In this document: positions 12,448-25,650 of the stretch, piece by piece | How positions within the stretch are numbered: the first letter of the stretch is position 1 | How the letters are laid out: the number at the start of each line of letters is the position of its first letter | Source: Lophium mytilinum | Lineage: Eukaryota | Direction: 5' to 3' | DNA length: 64,000 nt | NCBI GenBank assembly: GCA_010093605.1 | Contig: MU004192.1 | Location: 442,882 to 506,881 of the forward strand | Made by a program: the position numbers and the translations under genes | The notes under the pieces: generated by a model | What the model saw: only the letters and a program-made list of their open reading frames with translations | Database searches by the model: none | Told to the model about the DNA's origin: nothing

Positions 12448-15400
12448 TCAAAGCTTACGAGGTGCCCTCCGCCGCGGCAACCCGCCCTCTACACCCAGCG
12501 CTTTCTTCGGCAGGCCAGTAGCAAGCCGGTTCTCCTTGCCATCTACCGGAACCGTCGATGTTGCAATCTTGCTAACAGGAATCTTGCCCTTCCGCGGGGT
12601 CGCAATCCTGCTCTTCCTCTCCTTAGTCTCCTGCTCCTCTGACGGAGGCGGGGCAGGCATAGCAGGTTCCAGCTTCGGCACCTTCGCCGCGGGCGCCGCC
12701 GTATCTCCTGAAGTAGCGACAGGCAGTTTGCGAGCCCTGGGCTTGGCGATCTTCCTCTTCTCTTCCGCCACCTCTGCCTGCACCTCCTCCGGAAGCAGAG
12801 ACGCCGCCGGTTCCAGAAGGCCCTTCCCAGGCGTGCCATTCGCAGCACCAAGCCCGCGAAGCCGGCGAACGCGCGGTGTAGAGCCGCTCGTCTCCTTCAT
12901 TTTAGACGCCGGCTTCGCAGACAACGCGCTAATGCTCAACGTCGTCGCGTCCTCGCCAGGCGCATCAACCATCTCGACATCTGCGGGCGCCTCCACGGCA
13001 AGCACCTCCCCCTTCGCGTTTTCTTGGAAGTAGACGAGCGTTTCGTCCCACTTCACGGACTTGCGCTCGCCGGCGCCGGCACCCTCTCGCTGGCCGTCTG
13101 CGCTCTCGTCAACGGACGAGCTGGGCGAAACGGGCTTTTCGGTTGCGAGTTTCAGGACTCGGGCGTAGGCGGATATCGCGCCCATCTTGTTTTTGCGCGT
13201 GTTGGTACGCGTGATGATGCCTAGCTCTTGCGCTTCCGTGCGCCGTAGCACGATCGGTTCGCCGCCGTCAGTGCGGCGGACTGGTATGCTCTTTGGAGCT
13301 TGCGGTTGCTGTGCATGGGATGATGGGGGTGGGATGCGGGATTTTCGAGTCCGTGTTGAGCGTCTTGATGATGGGTTGGGAAGTCTCGCAGCGTCTGCGT
13401 CTGTGGATGTGGCGTCTGCGGTTGGGCTACCTGGCGTTGGATCAATGGTGAGAGTTTGAGTGAGGTCAAGGGTAGCCGTATCGTCGTAGGCTTTTTGTGG
13501 CGAGGGAGAGTTGACATCTTTGTCCTCCAGGACTTTTCGAGGAGATGCGAGAGCGTGGCGGATCACGTCGGAGTCGCGTCGATGGGATAGAGACGACCGG
13601 CGTGCAATGGTGGCCGCTTTGTGTGCTTTGTTTAGTTTGCTTGCTGCGGCACGAGTCAGGAAGTCCTTCAGTAACGCGGTATCGTCGTCGAGGTGCGCTG
13701 TGAGGTCATCCTGGGTGAATTCGAGCCTGGCTGGTCGTGCTGGTGAGCGCAACTTTGGTTTGATTTCGTCTGTGATCAGGTTTGTTTCTGATGGCGGTGC
13801 CAATGTCAATCCGTCGGCAATACTATCGATTGCCATATCGTCGTCGACGGAAATCGTTGACTCTTCGTCTGCATTTGCAGGGGTTTTAGGCGATACAGGC
13901 TGTTCAACGTTCTCGTCGACCGTATGGGGTACTGTGCATGCGTCCAATACCTGCGTGGACACCTTGTCATCAACCAGATTCATTGCTGCATTCTCCATAT
14001 TCAACGTGTCCTGGATAGTAGACTCCTCTAGAACTTCGGTAGTAGATTCGTTCGCGTTCTCAACAGAACCAAGATTCTCAGTAATATCGAGCGCGTGGTC
14101 ATTCTTGGAAGGACTATCCTCGAGTAAAGCAGTCACACCTTGAGCCTCTGCTTCTTCGGTAGAGAACTTATCCCGGATACTAGATTTAGAGCCGGCAGCC
14201 TCAATCTCGCTGTCCGACTCCCAATTGATCTCGGACTCGTCCAAAGATTGAGGTTCGCTGCATGGCTTTTCGATACCTGCGACTAGACCTTGGCTAGCGA
14301 TTTCTACTTCTTGAACAACGGTCATTTCCCGAACAGCAGACTCGGGTTGAGCTACCTCGGTGTCGTCTTCCGACTCCCAGTTGATCTCGGAGTCGTCCAG
14401 AGTCTGTTGATCGTTGAATGGCTCTATGGCTTCTTGTTCAGACGTCCCAGAGACTTCCATATGATAATCATGTTCAGTCATGATGGCATCCTCTTCGTGA
14501 TTGTCGATGACTGCTAGCTCCGATGGCTGTTCAGGCTGGCCTAATGTCACTGCTTCGGGAACAGTTAACGTTGCTGCCTGGACGAGGATGCTAGTTTCCA
14601 TCATTGCTTCAAGGCCAATGACAGAAGTCTCTTCTTCCATGTTCTTAACTTCTGACCGTTCCAAGCGAAGTTCTGGTAGGTTCAATGGGCTTGGAGCTGA
14701 CACCGATGTTGCCTGTTCCAACGAACTGGTATCCACCGCCACCCGCGTCATTTCCACAGCGTCGATAGAACTGTCTTCTGAAATCTGGTGTGGTGATGAC
14801 GGAGTATGCTGAGGAATTGGTGAACTTGAGGTGTCATTTAGAATAACATCGATATTTACGACGTCGTTCGTCGAAATGGTGAATTCTTCTTCATCGACAC
14901 CTGGCTCATTGTTTCCCATGGAAGTCGGTGAATCAGGACTGCTAATGTGATCTACGAGGCCGTCGTCTTCATGGGTAGACGGTTCCTCATCACCTTTGCC
15001 AAAAATGAAGGAGAATGTTGAGTCGTGCGTATTAGTCGATAAGGAGACGCGTGAGATGGCAGCGTGCGCGGTCTGGGCATGATCATCCGTCACAACCCCA
15101 GGCTGTACCATGCTCTCGTGCTCAGATGTAGTACCTGCCACACCCTCCTGGTCATCGATTTCAGAAGTAACGTCTTCCACTTCTTGGGCATCGGCCCGTT
15201 CCAAATCGTCCAGGTCGATGGTCGTTCGATGTGGCTTTTTCCCTAGTCATAGTCGTCAGTATCGCTACTCAATGGCACGTGGAATGCTCGGCATACTGGG
15301 AAGTCCACTCTTCCTTCGATCCCAGCGCGTAGCACTAAAAGTTGGTTTCTTGGTCTCGACTGTGACATTGTTCCCTAAAGCATCTTCATTCTTCAATCGC

Positions 15401-15678
15401 AACTTTTTCACAGCGCGTGTAGGCGATCGGGACATGTCCTGCTCTTCTTCTCCTGCGCTTGTGGCCGATGTTTGCTCGCCCGCCGAGTGCGATCTTAGCC
15501 CATGCTTGTGCCAGACTTTCTTGTACCCTCGGTCGCGCGCGTAGGGTGACTTTGGTGCGCGCTCCCAGGCACGTGGAATCTTTTGGAGTGGTAGAGAGGC
15601 TGGGTTGAGGAAGTTTACATCGGGCTCGTGCCATGTTGGGTCGAAAGTCGACGCTGGTTTGCGCGGTGAGGGCGCCAT
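12448..15678 (-). CDS. Large, largely disordered fungal hypothetical protein (exon 1 15678-15294, intron approx. 15293-15244, exon 2 to 12448)
   Basis: 137-aa and 918-aa ORFs joined by a GTATGC...CTAG intron; ordered-looking motifs DDDTALLKDFLTRAAASK, TRTNTRKNK, KSVKWDETLVYF; divergent from MRP10. Confidence 0.8.
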
Positions 15679-16014
15679 TGGGTGGTGAGGCCGGCGTATT
15701 GAACTGCAAATTTAAGGATACTTGGAGCCCCAGCGCCTCCAACAGTATTATAGGTGGGGGAATCCAAGTCGAAAGAATGGCGTTGGGGAATCTGGAGGTG
15801 CGTGTGCCTGTGATGTTCTCGCAGGAAACCCAAACAAACCCCAAAACACAGAAATCGGCGCTAGTGACGGGATTTGCCGATAAATCCAGCCCGGTCCTGG
15901 GAAAACTTAAGCATCAACTACAATCAGCCTCTACGATCCCCCACATCTCACCAACGCGAAATCTCTACTGCCAGCATCGAGCCGTAGTGCCCAGGGCGTG
16001 TTCAAATCACTACA

Positions 16015-16578
16015 ATGGTGCCCAAACCTGCTGCGTCTTCGGCCAAGTCCATCGGGTCTCGTCCGCTACCTCCCCTACCGAAGCTCCGAGTCCGAAGACC
16101 AAACAAGCCTGAAGTGAATCCATGCCTAGGTGTCATGACATCAGTCCTGGGTATGTTTGGAGATTATTTCATCCTTGGATCCGCACGTTGGATGGCTGTG
16201 TTGGGTGGATAGAAGCCAGGGACTGCGTTTGGCTGGGCGCGAGGATATACATCGTCTAAATATTGTTGTGCTGACATTTTGGCTTCTAGGTTGCTGGGCA
16301 TCTTCAGGATACAGCGTTCAAGGTTGCGCCCAGCTTGAGCAAAAGTTGCGCGCATGCATGGATGCGCCGGTACGTTCATTCTCAATTACCTGCATCGGGA
16401 TGATAGTTATGATGGAGTCGCAAGACTGCAAGCATAGTCCGAAAAACAATCCCCCCATTCTCCATGAATTGGGCTAAATTTGGCTTTACAGAGACCCGCA
16501 AAAGGAAAAGACAACATGATCAATTATCATCTCTCGCGGATGTATCCCAAGATCAAAGGACCACACAGGCGAGACTAA
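16015..16578 (+). CDS. MRP10: Mitochondrial small-subunit ribosomal protein mS37 (exons 16015-16150, 16290-16369, 16492-16578)
   Basis: Spliced product ...LPPLPKLRVRRPNKPEVNPCLGVMTSVLGCWASSGYSVQGCAQLEQKLRACMDAP...INYHLSRMYP..; twin CX9C motif. Confidence 0.92.
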
Positions 16579-18012
16579 GCGTCGCGAAAAGAAACCTTTT
16601 CGATTTCGAGGAGATGTAGGATACTGGGAAGGTGTAGACCACTACGACATGGACGTTGGTGGATTATGGTTGAAAGCGATTGCATGGGAGGAGTTCGCCA
16701 TACCGGACCGCGACACTCCACGGCGTTTGGATGATTTGTATACTATGTAAATACCAAATGGAACACCAACACACCACCTTAGCGCTTGTCCGATTGCGAA
16801 AAACGAGACGAGCTTCAAACGGCAACATTTTCGAAATGCGTATAAGCAATACTTTCCCAGCCGAATTAGATTGCATTCGCAGCAAGTCGGCTCCATATTC
16901 GACTTGGAACTGCTTCAGCGCGCTATCTAAGCTCTGATATATATCTCTATGCGGGTACTATGCGGGTCATAAAAAGGTGGCACCCTTGATTCAACAAGTC
17001 GCGAGAGTGGTTGTCTGTACGTGTATGCCAACATTTTCCCGCCCAGCGTGGGAACTCATACTCATACGCGAGATGTCTTTGCGACATGCCAACCCTCACC
17101 GGGTTAAGTTATTGGCTTTCTGCAAACGAGCAGACATGCATGGCAAGCCACAGCTAGATTCGATGTGTGATCATCAGGAACAGGACGATTGGTTGCTGCG
17201 AGCGGCTGCAGGACTCAGCCCAAGCGCCTCCAAATGCTCCCGCATGCAGGGTGGCAGATATTGACGTGCTTCGCACAGCCACCGGCAAGCTGTGGAGTCG
17301 AACACCGCACTCGAATCAATTTCTAGATGTGGATCTTCGAGAAGGTCCGACTTTCTCGTTTCATCGGTTTTCAGCAAACTCCACACATCGCTGGGATGTG
17401 TTCAGTCGGCTGCTCTGGATGAGATACAGACATTAAGATTCTTTCCACCATTATACTGAATGTCAGTGAAGGGAGAGAAAAACTGTGAGATGCGCAATCG
17501 TTGGGCCTACAATATAAAATACCATCCAAGGCCCTAGAAAGAGTTTTCACCATTGTCCAAGAGGACGAAAGTCCAAGCCGATCTTACTATCGGGTCCATA
17601 TCTCTGCGGGAAATGCCGCAAGTGTGATTTTCAGCACTGGACAACAATTGAGAATCACGCTGTTTACTATTTGTTTTCGACTATTTGTTTTCGGTGAAGA
17701 GCGGAACCTGGATTCACCTTCCCCTGGAGTTGTACTGCTCTAGGCAAAAAGGATGCGGCAGAAGTGACAGTCTGGACTCAACAGACAAGGACTCTATAGG
17801 TCGACGGATGCTCTTCTAGATGCACATCGATACAGCAGACTTCTAGATCGCTCTCGACACCGTCGGACATACATCGTGATTGTTGCGTCAAGCTGTCTCG
17901 GAAACAGCTTCCCGCAGCGCGATGGCGTGCATAGTCCCGAGCTCCATCGTGTTTCTACGGAGAGCAGTGGGCACGGTTGAGGCTCAGTCAGCGCTATAAT
18001 ATCTACCAGGTA

Positions 18013-18348
18013 CAGTAAAACCTCGGTATAGTGATACGGTTTTTTGCGAGGTTTCGTATCACTATACAGAGAGTATCACTGTAACAAAAGTCACGTGTGG
18101 ATGATTTGTAAGCCATTAGCCCCCAAAAGAGCAAGATTAAGGGGTCTTGAGGGTGGTCGGAGGTGCCACGCACCACACGCCCATACAAAAATCCCCCTGG
18201 TTAGTATGATTTTGGTGAGAGGGTACTAGTGATACCATAGTAACCAGCAATATTACTATACCCATACAAATTTCCACGGTCAGCCGAAATTTATCACTCT
18301 ATAGAGTATATCACTATCCACCGGAAACACTATACCGAGGTTTTACTG
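18013..18348. mobile_element. 336-bp non-autonomous MITE, Tc1/mariner (pogo/Tigger-like) type
   Basis: Perfect 21-bp TIR CAGTAAAACCTCGGTATAGTG (18013-18033) / CACTATACCGAGGTTTTACTG (18328-18348); TA on both sides (18011-18012, 18349-18350); repeated internal TATCACT motifs; no transposase ORF. Confidence 0.92.
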
Positions 18349-19135
18349 TACCCTTATACTCTCGCTGGACAAGCGCCGCGAGAAAACAACCCCCGCAATC
18401 AACGCCAACAGCACAACGGCGGACGGTGGTTTTATCGCCAGCACACCAGTGACACCAACGGCCCGACTGACTCGACTCGGTTGTTGATCGCCGGTCTGAA
18501 GCTTGTGACGGCCGGCGGCGTGGCTATATTTGTCAACCCCTGCTTTCGTTTACAGCCCCCAAATTTGCTTCTTCGGCTCCACCATACCCAACATGGCACC
18601 ACTGCACCTCAGCCGCTCCTTAGCCATGGTCACCTTCATCTCCCTGCCCGCCGCCGGCCTCAAGCCACAACATATGCTGGTTGGCTGCCACAGCGGTCAT
18701 CACGTCTAGCCTCAGAAGGCTGAGAAACAAACCCCTCGATTGGTCACGATGCTGAACGGGCGGCGACGGGACGCAGCTCGCTTTGCCGTTTCGAGCACTA
18801 CGGTCCCCAGCTCGTGAACACACCTTTCCTCGAACACGAGGCGGTGGCAGCATGGCCCACCCAGGCATCGTTGCGTTAGCTCCCTCTCTTGACCAGACGC
18901 GCCGCGCCGACTCAGCCTGCGCGCCTTTTCGTTAGTCTGGCCCTGCATTCATTTGGTGAAGCTCCCCGGAGCCTGAACTAGAAGAGGTTCCCTTCTCCCC
19001 AGGGCTGTGCTCGTTTCTCGTCCGGCACTATTTCTCTGCGGTCCTCGCACCTGTTCCATTCTTTCGATATATATCCAGTCAATTACTCCTAATTCTTTGC
19101 GCCCTCTCCAGTCTTTCGCATCACTGATTTTCATC

Positions 19136-20438
19136 ATGCTCCGCTCGACACTTGCCTTTTTGGCACCGGCCATGGTATCGGCCATGGCCTTCCCTTGGGC
19201 TGGTCCGGAGCCCACGCTTATAGTGCCCGAGGGAGACAACTGGAGCCCTGCCCCAACAAAGGCGCCGGAACTCGGTCTACTCGAGCTCTTCAAGAAGCGT
19301 GCCGCTGGTGACAATACTTGTGGTTACATTAGCGGTTCTTCCGGTAAGTGATGCGAGCTGGCTCGACATGTAAACACGGCTTACTGATAGTTCTCCAGCT
19401 AACTCGTTGACTTGCAATAACTCCAACTATGTTTGCGCGACCAACACGTACTACGGCGTCCACGGATGCTGCGATCCCAATGGTCTTTCGACATGTAGCA
19501 TTCCTACTACGTGTATCGCCAGCAGCGAAATGGCCGCTTCCTGCACGGACGCGGCTTGCACTTCCAACGACTACATAGCCAAGTGGTAAGTTCTTCTCGC
19601 TAACCTCGAGACCTTTAGTGCTTGACGCTTACAACTACGCAGTACTCTCGACGGTGCGCCATACTGCTACCAATGGCGATATGTGTACTCCACTCGCACT
19701 GTGATGACCGAGTTCGGATGCGCCGCATCGGCCTTTACTATTTCCGTGCAGCGAACATTCAATGGCGATACCAACAGCGCTGCCGCAACCAGCTCCGAGC
19801 TCGTCATTCCTATCTCCACCAAGGTCGTCACCGTTATCCCATCTTCGTCGTCCGAATCGTCTTCGTCGTCCACCATCCCTTCGTCCCCAGTCGTTAGTGG
19901 TACCGCAGCGACCGCTATCGCCACTAATAGCAATATCTCCATTCCTGCACAAAAGAAGAAGTCTAAATCGCATGTTGGCGCGATTGTTGGAGGTGTGGTT
20001 GGCGGTCTCGTTGTTCTTGGCGCCCTAATTTTCGGTATCGTCTTTGCCCTGATGAAGAAGAAGAAGGCGAAGAACGCCGCTGCCGCCGCGCCCCCTCCAA
20101 ATGCCCAAGGTCCCGCTCCCGGCGTCGCCGAATTCAAGCCGCAGCCCGGTGGATTTGCGCCTCAGCAAGGCGGCTATCAACCACCACCACAACAGGGAGG
20201 CTACTACCAGCAGGACGTCAAGCCAGGCTTCAACAACCAGCCGCAAGTCGGTGTGCCCGGCCAGGAAGTGGGCGGCTCGCAAGCACCATACAGCCCTCCG
20301 ATGAGCCCCGCTCCGCAATACAGCGCACCGTTCAACCAGGGTCCACCGCAAGGCATCTCGGAAGCTGCTGGTACCCCCATCCAGCAGGCACCGCCGCATC
20401 CGCACGCGCCCCAGCACCAGGTGTACGAGGCCCCGTAA
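19136..20438 (+). CDS. Type I single-pass surface protein: signal peptide, Cys-rich ectodomain, Ser/Thr stalk, TM helix, Pro/Gln/Tyr-rich tail (Mid2/Skg6-like architecture); introns 19344-19398, 19586-19642
   Basis: MLRSTLAFLAPAMVSAMA signal; TCGYISG, GCCDP, PTTC, PYC motifs; TM GAIVGGVVGGLVVLGALIFGIVFAL followed by KKKK. Confidence 0.85.
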
Positions 20439-21978
20439 ACGCCTTGAATAGCTTCGGATTCTCGTCACTATTATAAACACCAAAATTCTCACTTCAGCGC
20501 CCCTCGTTTCCATCATACCCTCTCTGTTTACACACCGGGATGTCGCGGTCCACTGATCCATCCTTGGATCTGCTTTTTGGCGTTGGTTGGATCATTCGTC
20601 ACGCCCGCCGCACGCGCTATTTGGAATGAGTAAATCACTGAAAGTTGTTTCTTCTGCTACATTAAAGCTATTCAGCGGAGTCTTTTGGAGCTGGCAGCAT
20701 GGCATGCATTAAGAGGTGAAGGCCTCTTGGATTGGGGTAGGAAAGAAGGGACAGAAGGATCGCATTTCCTCAGCTGTAGATACTGTTTTTGCGAAGCCAT
20801 ACTCGACCAAATTTTAATCGTATTTAATCGCAAAAATGCCCTCTCACTACGGAGCTATCTACCACTCTACTGACCTACTCTGCGCTTCCTCGTCACTACT
20901 GTTCTGTGCATTGTTTCGCGACTTACCATTGTAGCAAAGCTAAGCGACGGTCGGGCACGGTCAGATCTATCGATTCCGGTGAAGGTGGACCCCCTGTCGA
21001 AGTCTAGCTCGGACCCCTGGCCAGCTCAGCCGTCGAATTAAACCCAGGCCCGAGCTTCCAATCCTCCCACCCACGGTTCTCTCCCGTCGCTTCGCCCGAC
21101 GCGGGTACCTCCCCCTCGTTGCCAAGCCCTTTATATTGACTCGACCCAGGCACTCCTCGTCTGGCCCTGTGTCTCGTACAGCGCTCACAATTTACGCGTA
21201 TCAATTACACAAACAGCTCACCCGCACAGCGCCCGGGTCTTGACATCCCCTCTGCTCCTCCAGTCTATGATGCTATCAACCCCGCACGTCGCGGCTTTCC
21301 CAGCCGTCGCAAGACGTTGGCGGGCGGCGGAACAAACTCGATGGCGCTAAAGTGCTAGAGGTACATAGGAGCCGCGCAAAACAACGGCGGGACTGGCCTG
21401 GATCCATGGGACCGGGTACTGCATCCTGCCCGTGACAGGCCCAAGCGAGCGGGTGCGGATGCCTCGGACGTCGGTCCTGAGCTGGAACCTGTGGCAGGGA
21501 GGGAGTTGCTGGGTGCTGTGCTGTCGATAAGCTTGGGGTTGAGTGCTGATGGGGCGAGATCGGGTGACGGGGGAGGCCTGCGGGCGAGGCTGAGCTGGGT
21601 TCGGGACTGTCAGTGATTTGTGTAACGGGGTAGGGGCGGGGTTTTTGGTGGGTGGTTGGCACGGGGTGTTGGGGGCGGATTTGCGGCGTTGTTGACGGTG
21701 GGAGAGCTCTGAGGTCTAAATGGGAATTTGAGGGGAACTTTGTCAGGTAGGTACTTGGTCTCTTTCTATTTCGTTGCTATCATTTTCTCCTTACAGTAGG
21801 TCATCGAATTGTTGTCGCTTTCCTGTCATCCTTCCAGAATTCTCCTTGCGGAATTCTCATTCAAGTAATTGGTATTTCTATGTCCATACGAGGCTTCACG
21901 ATTATCAATTTTGGTGGACATGAAGAAACAAGCAATATCTATATTGTTCCTAGTACGGATCAGATCTACTCTCGATTT

Positions 21979-23285
21979 TCACAACTTCACAACAACTTTG
22001 GCAGCCGACACCCCCTTCTTGAGCAAGTCCAGCGCCTCCTGGATCTTCTCAAGACCTCCTTCAACTATGATCGGTTCCGGCTTCGCCTTAAATTTCCCAT
22101 CCTTCAGCCGTTCTTCCAAGAACTCGCGCCACACTCCTATCCAGACGGGCGGCTCCTCCTGACCCGGTATCGAAGTAGGCACATGAACTGCAAAAGTATC
22201 ACCGTCAGCCTTTAGCACCCACTGAACTTGCGCTCACATTCCGCCAAGCAAGGTAGAGAAGATGAAGCTAGTACTTACCAACAGTTCTCGCCACATCCCC
22301 CAACAACACAGCACCACTCCGCTCATACCCCCCAGAGGTCGTTGCAATCAGCTTTCCCCCGCCGGAGGCATGCACCACCTCCGCACTCTTCACGCTTGTA
22401 GTAGGATCGGAGATCGCGTCATAGACGCCGATCAGCGTTGTCCCCTCCACGGCCTTCAAGATCTTCGCAACCACATCCGGATCAGAGTAGTCAAAGACAT
22501 GCGTTGCTCCGAGCGAGCGGACGAGCTCGTGGTTCTTTGGGGATGCAGTCGAGACGATGGTCCATCCAGAAGCCGCCGCAAGCTGGATTGCAGAGATGCC
22601 GACTACCGAACTGCCGCCCCAGATGAGAATGGACTTCTTGGCACTGCTGGCATCGCCGACGGATTGACCTGGCGCCGGCTGGGCTAAGTAGTTTGGCTCA
22701 TAGATACCTGCAGCTGCAGTCGCTAGTCCGATGGGCAGCACAGCAGCATTGGCATAAGGGATCCCATCTGGGATATGCGCTGTAGCTCTTTCGATACAAA
22801 TGGTGAAGAGCTGGTAAGCCGCGTGGGCGACGTTCTGGTTCCTGAGTGCAACGGCGAGGCTGGGGCACGGGCTGGTTAATCATGAAAGCGATGCAGAAAT
22901 AGAGGTATAAGACGTACCCTACAACACGATCGCCCTTCTTGAAGCGCGTCACACCTTCTCCCACCTCTACTACTTCACCTGCAACTTCGAAGCCGAGAAC
23001 CTTGCGGACAACATCAGTATTGTTGTGTTGTTCTCTAAACATGACTGCTAACTCACGAACGGGTAGGTTTGCACTACGATACCAAGGTCTTGGATCTTAT
23101 TGTCAACTTATTTACGCGTCAGCTCTCGTTTGCTTCCTATCAAGGATAATGGGTTTCATACTAGGGTTGAGGGCTATAACATGATTTTTAATCAAGACTT
23201 CGCCTGGGGCTGGCTTCGTCAAGGGGCTTTCTTTGACTTCGAGGCGGGCGCCCTTAGATGGGATCCATGCGGCTTGGTTGCTCAT
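21979..23285 (-). CDS. Medium-chain dehydrogenase/reductase, enoyl-reductase-like (CipB-like) oxidoreductase, multi-intron
   Basis: MSNQAAWIPSKGARLEV..., VLGFEVAGEVVEVGEGVTRFKKGDRV, LIWGGSSVVG, TASPKNHELVRSLGATHVFDY, GVSAAKVVVKL. Confidence 0.9.
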
Positions 23286-24513
23286 TTTGGATAGAATAGG
23301 ATGACACGAGAGCGACGTCGATATAAGATGCTAAGAAAGAAAAGAGAGGGACAACGATACAGCATCTTATACTTTTGCATCACTCTCATTGCCATTGATC
23401 TGCAAGGGCGGTCGGAGGAATACAAAAATATATGGTCTCAGTTGGCTTACTCACGCATCATGGGGACGTTCGAATGCCGCTGCGCAGCAGCCTAGGCGTG
23501 TATTGAGTTGAGGGACGTAGGGGCTGGTGCGCAGCGGAATTCCAAGAATCCGACGAATCCCGCATATTTCACTCAGGTACCTCTCTTTCAATGCAGAGTC
23601 ACCAGCATCGTCGAATGACTTCACCGAGGCTGGGTGAACGTTCGGCCGGTGGACGAATCGGGAGGTAATCCAACAATCGGGCCGATTCTAATGGCTTGTG
23701 TAAGCCAACACTTCTACCTCCAGTCTCTCCTTGGCTTACTCTTTTCCTCTCAATCGTCCCCATTATCTCGGCTCAGTAGGCGCAATAGCGCGCATCGACC
23801 CTGTTTACAGTAATAACTGGAGCAAAGCGCGGATTTAAGGGCCGCTCGGAGCCTTTCCATGTCATTCTTTCGTTCGAATTCTCTAAAAAGTTGCAACTCT
23901 ACTGTCACTAGGTCGATTATGGTGTATCTTAGTTCCGAAGTAACGACATTGGATAGAAGAAACAATCCAGGATGCATGTAATTGCTAATATAGCTATTAA
24001 GAAAACGCACGTGATCTTTGGTTAGCATTGGCAAGGCTGCTTCGACTTACTTTCAAGAGTCTAAACGATCTCAGCATCCATCACTTTGAACAAGCTTGTC
24101 GACACGTTAGGCCACCTCCGAGGTCGTTCATCGGTCGCTGGTCATCTGAAAAAGATTCGAAGGTTTCTTGGCGGGCGGTGACGGCAGGCCAGAGACATCG
24201 TATGGCGAGTATATGTGTTCTTATAGAGAACCTCTCTGTGTCTCAGATACGAGCTCCATCTGGTCAAGCTTTCTAAATCCCTCCGATACCACGAAAAGTC
24301 ACAAGCCGTCTAAATGCTACACGAGGAGCTATTTATGGAAGATTTCGTCTCATTGGGTGGAGGTAACATCAACCATGGGACGGAGTGATAGTGCCACGAA
24401 TCCTGAAACTCGAAATTCTCCTCGGCACGCAACCTCATGAAAAAGAAACCTAGCTCATCGGTATTGCATCGTCATATGTTTAACAGCAACCCTTTCCGAA
24501 AGACAACCTCAGG

Positions 24514-25479
24514 ATGTTGTCGCTCACCGGCCAGCTCCTTCATTGGCTTACCGCAGCTGGTGCCGTCGTCCTCTACACCGTCATCTCGCGAGCGAACAAC
24601 GGACGCATCAACTCGCCACATATCTACATCGAATGCCCGGCTTTCATCGCTTTGCTCGTCTTCATCTTCAGGCAGGCCTACAGAATCCACCAGCACTCAG
24701 GCTCTATCATTGTAAACTATACCACGGCGCTTGGAATCGCAACCGTGTGGCTCGGAAGAGTCGCAAGCGCAATCAATTATCATTTTGCATTAGACCCTAT
24801 CGGAGCAAAGACCAAGAACGAGATTATTATCCATCTCTTCCTCGGCGTCGTGCTCGTGTCGCAAGCCGAGTGGATCCGACTTCTACTGTTCAGGAATTAC
24901 ATGTTCATCACCATCCACCCTGTCTTCCACCTGAACCTACCGTTTAAACGGAACCAAGACTATTATGTCAGTCTTGTAGTCTGTCTCCTGTGGGCTCTTC
25001 TGCAAGGAGTCCTCCTAATGCTATCTAATTTGATAATACACCCCAGGGGTCGGTCGTGTTGGGGCATATGCTTCAAAGCTAGCAATACGCGTCTGACACT
25101 CCTATTCGAATCGGTTCTTATGTCGCCGCTGAGTCTGTTGGCTAATACGCTGACATTTCTACTTTCGAGGGGAATCTTGCCGAAGGAGACTTGGCAGGAA
25201 ATCAAATACCCGAATCAGGGTGGAGATCGGAAATGGGAAAAGATTTTTCAAGAGGATATCAACATTGAGGAAGGAAAGCTTACAAGCCTTAACCCTTCTT
25301 CAGTTGAGGCTCTGACTGAGAAGTCGGGAGAGCCAACAAAGACATCAATGACAGGAAACATTGCCTCGACTACTAAGGAAATCGCCGGTCCCTTGGTCGT
25401 GACAGCCAAGGAAGTCGAGTTGCCAACGCGGAAGTCCGAGGGGGAGATGAACGTATTAAGCAGAGAATCCTCTATTTGA
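24514..25479 (+). CDS. Orphan multi-pass membrane protein (321 aa)
   Basis: ATG-initiated intronless ORF with about 5-6 hydrophobic segments and a charged C-terminal tail; no family recognised. Confidence 0.6.
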   Translation: MLSLTGQLLHWLTAAGAVVLYTVISRANNGRINSPHIYIECPAFIALLVFIFRQAYRIHQHSGSIIVNYTTALGIATVWLGRVASAINYHFALDPIGAKTKNEIIIHLFLGVVLVSQAEWIRLLLFRNYMFITIHPVFHLNLPFKRNQDYYVSLVVCLLWALLQGVLLMLSNLIIHPRGRSCWGICFKASNTRLTLLFESVLMSPLSLLANTLTFLLSRGILPKETWQEIKYPNQGGDRKWEKIFQEDINIEEGKLTSLNPSSVEALTEKSGEPTKTSMTGNIASTTKEIAGPLVVTAKEVELPTRKSEGEMNVLSRESSI

Positions 25480-25650
25480 GCTCTTGGAGGACTTCGAGAT
25501 ATGATACATAGGGAGTATAATAGGGGTTCGAATTATAGCTATACTAGTACGAAACATAGAGTTGTACGCGAGCACTTTTATCACCAATTCAGGCACTTAA
25601 CCTACTCGTAAGTCCAGCCTACGCTACAGCTGTGCTAGGAATAACGATCA

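Noticed and set aside
16947..16967. CTATGCGGGT tandem pair
   Set aside because: Only two 10-bp copies with no context; plausible chance or slippage.
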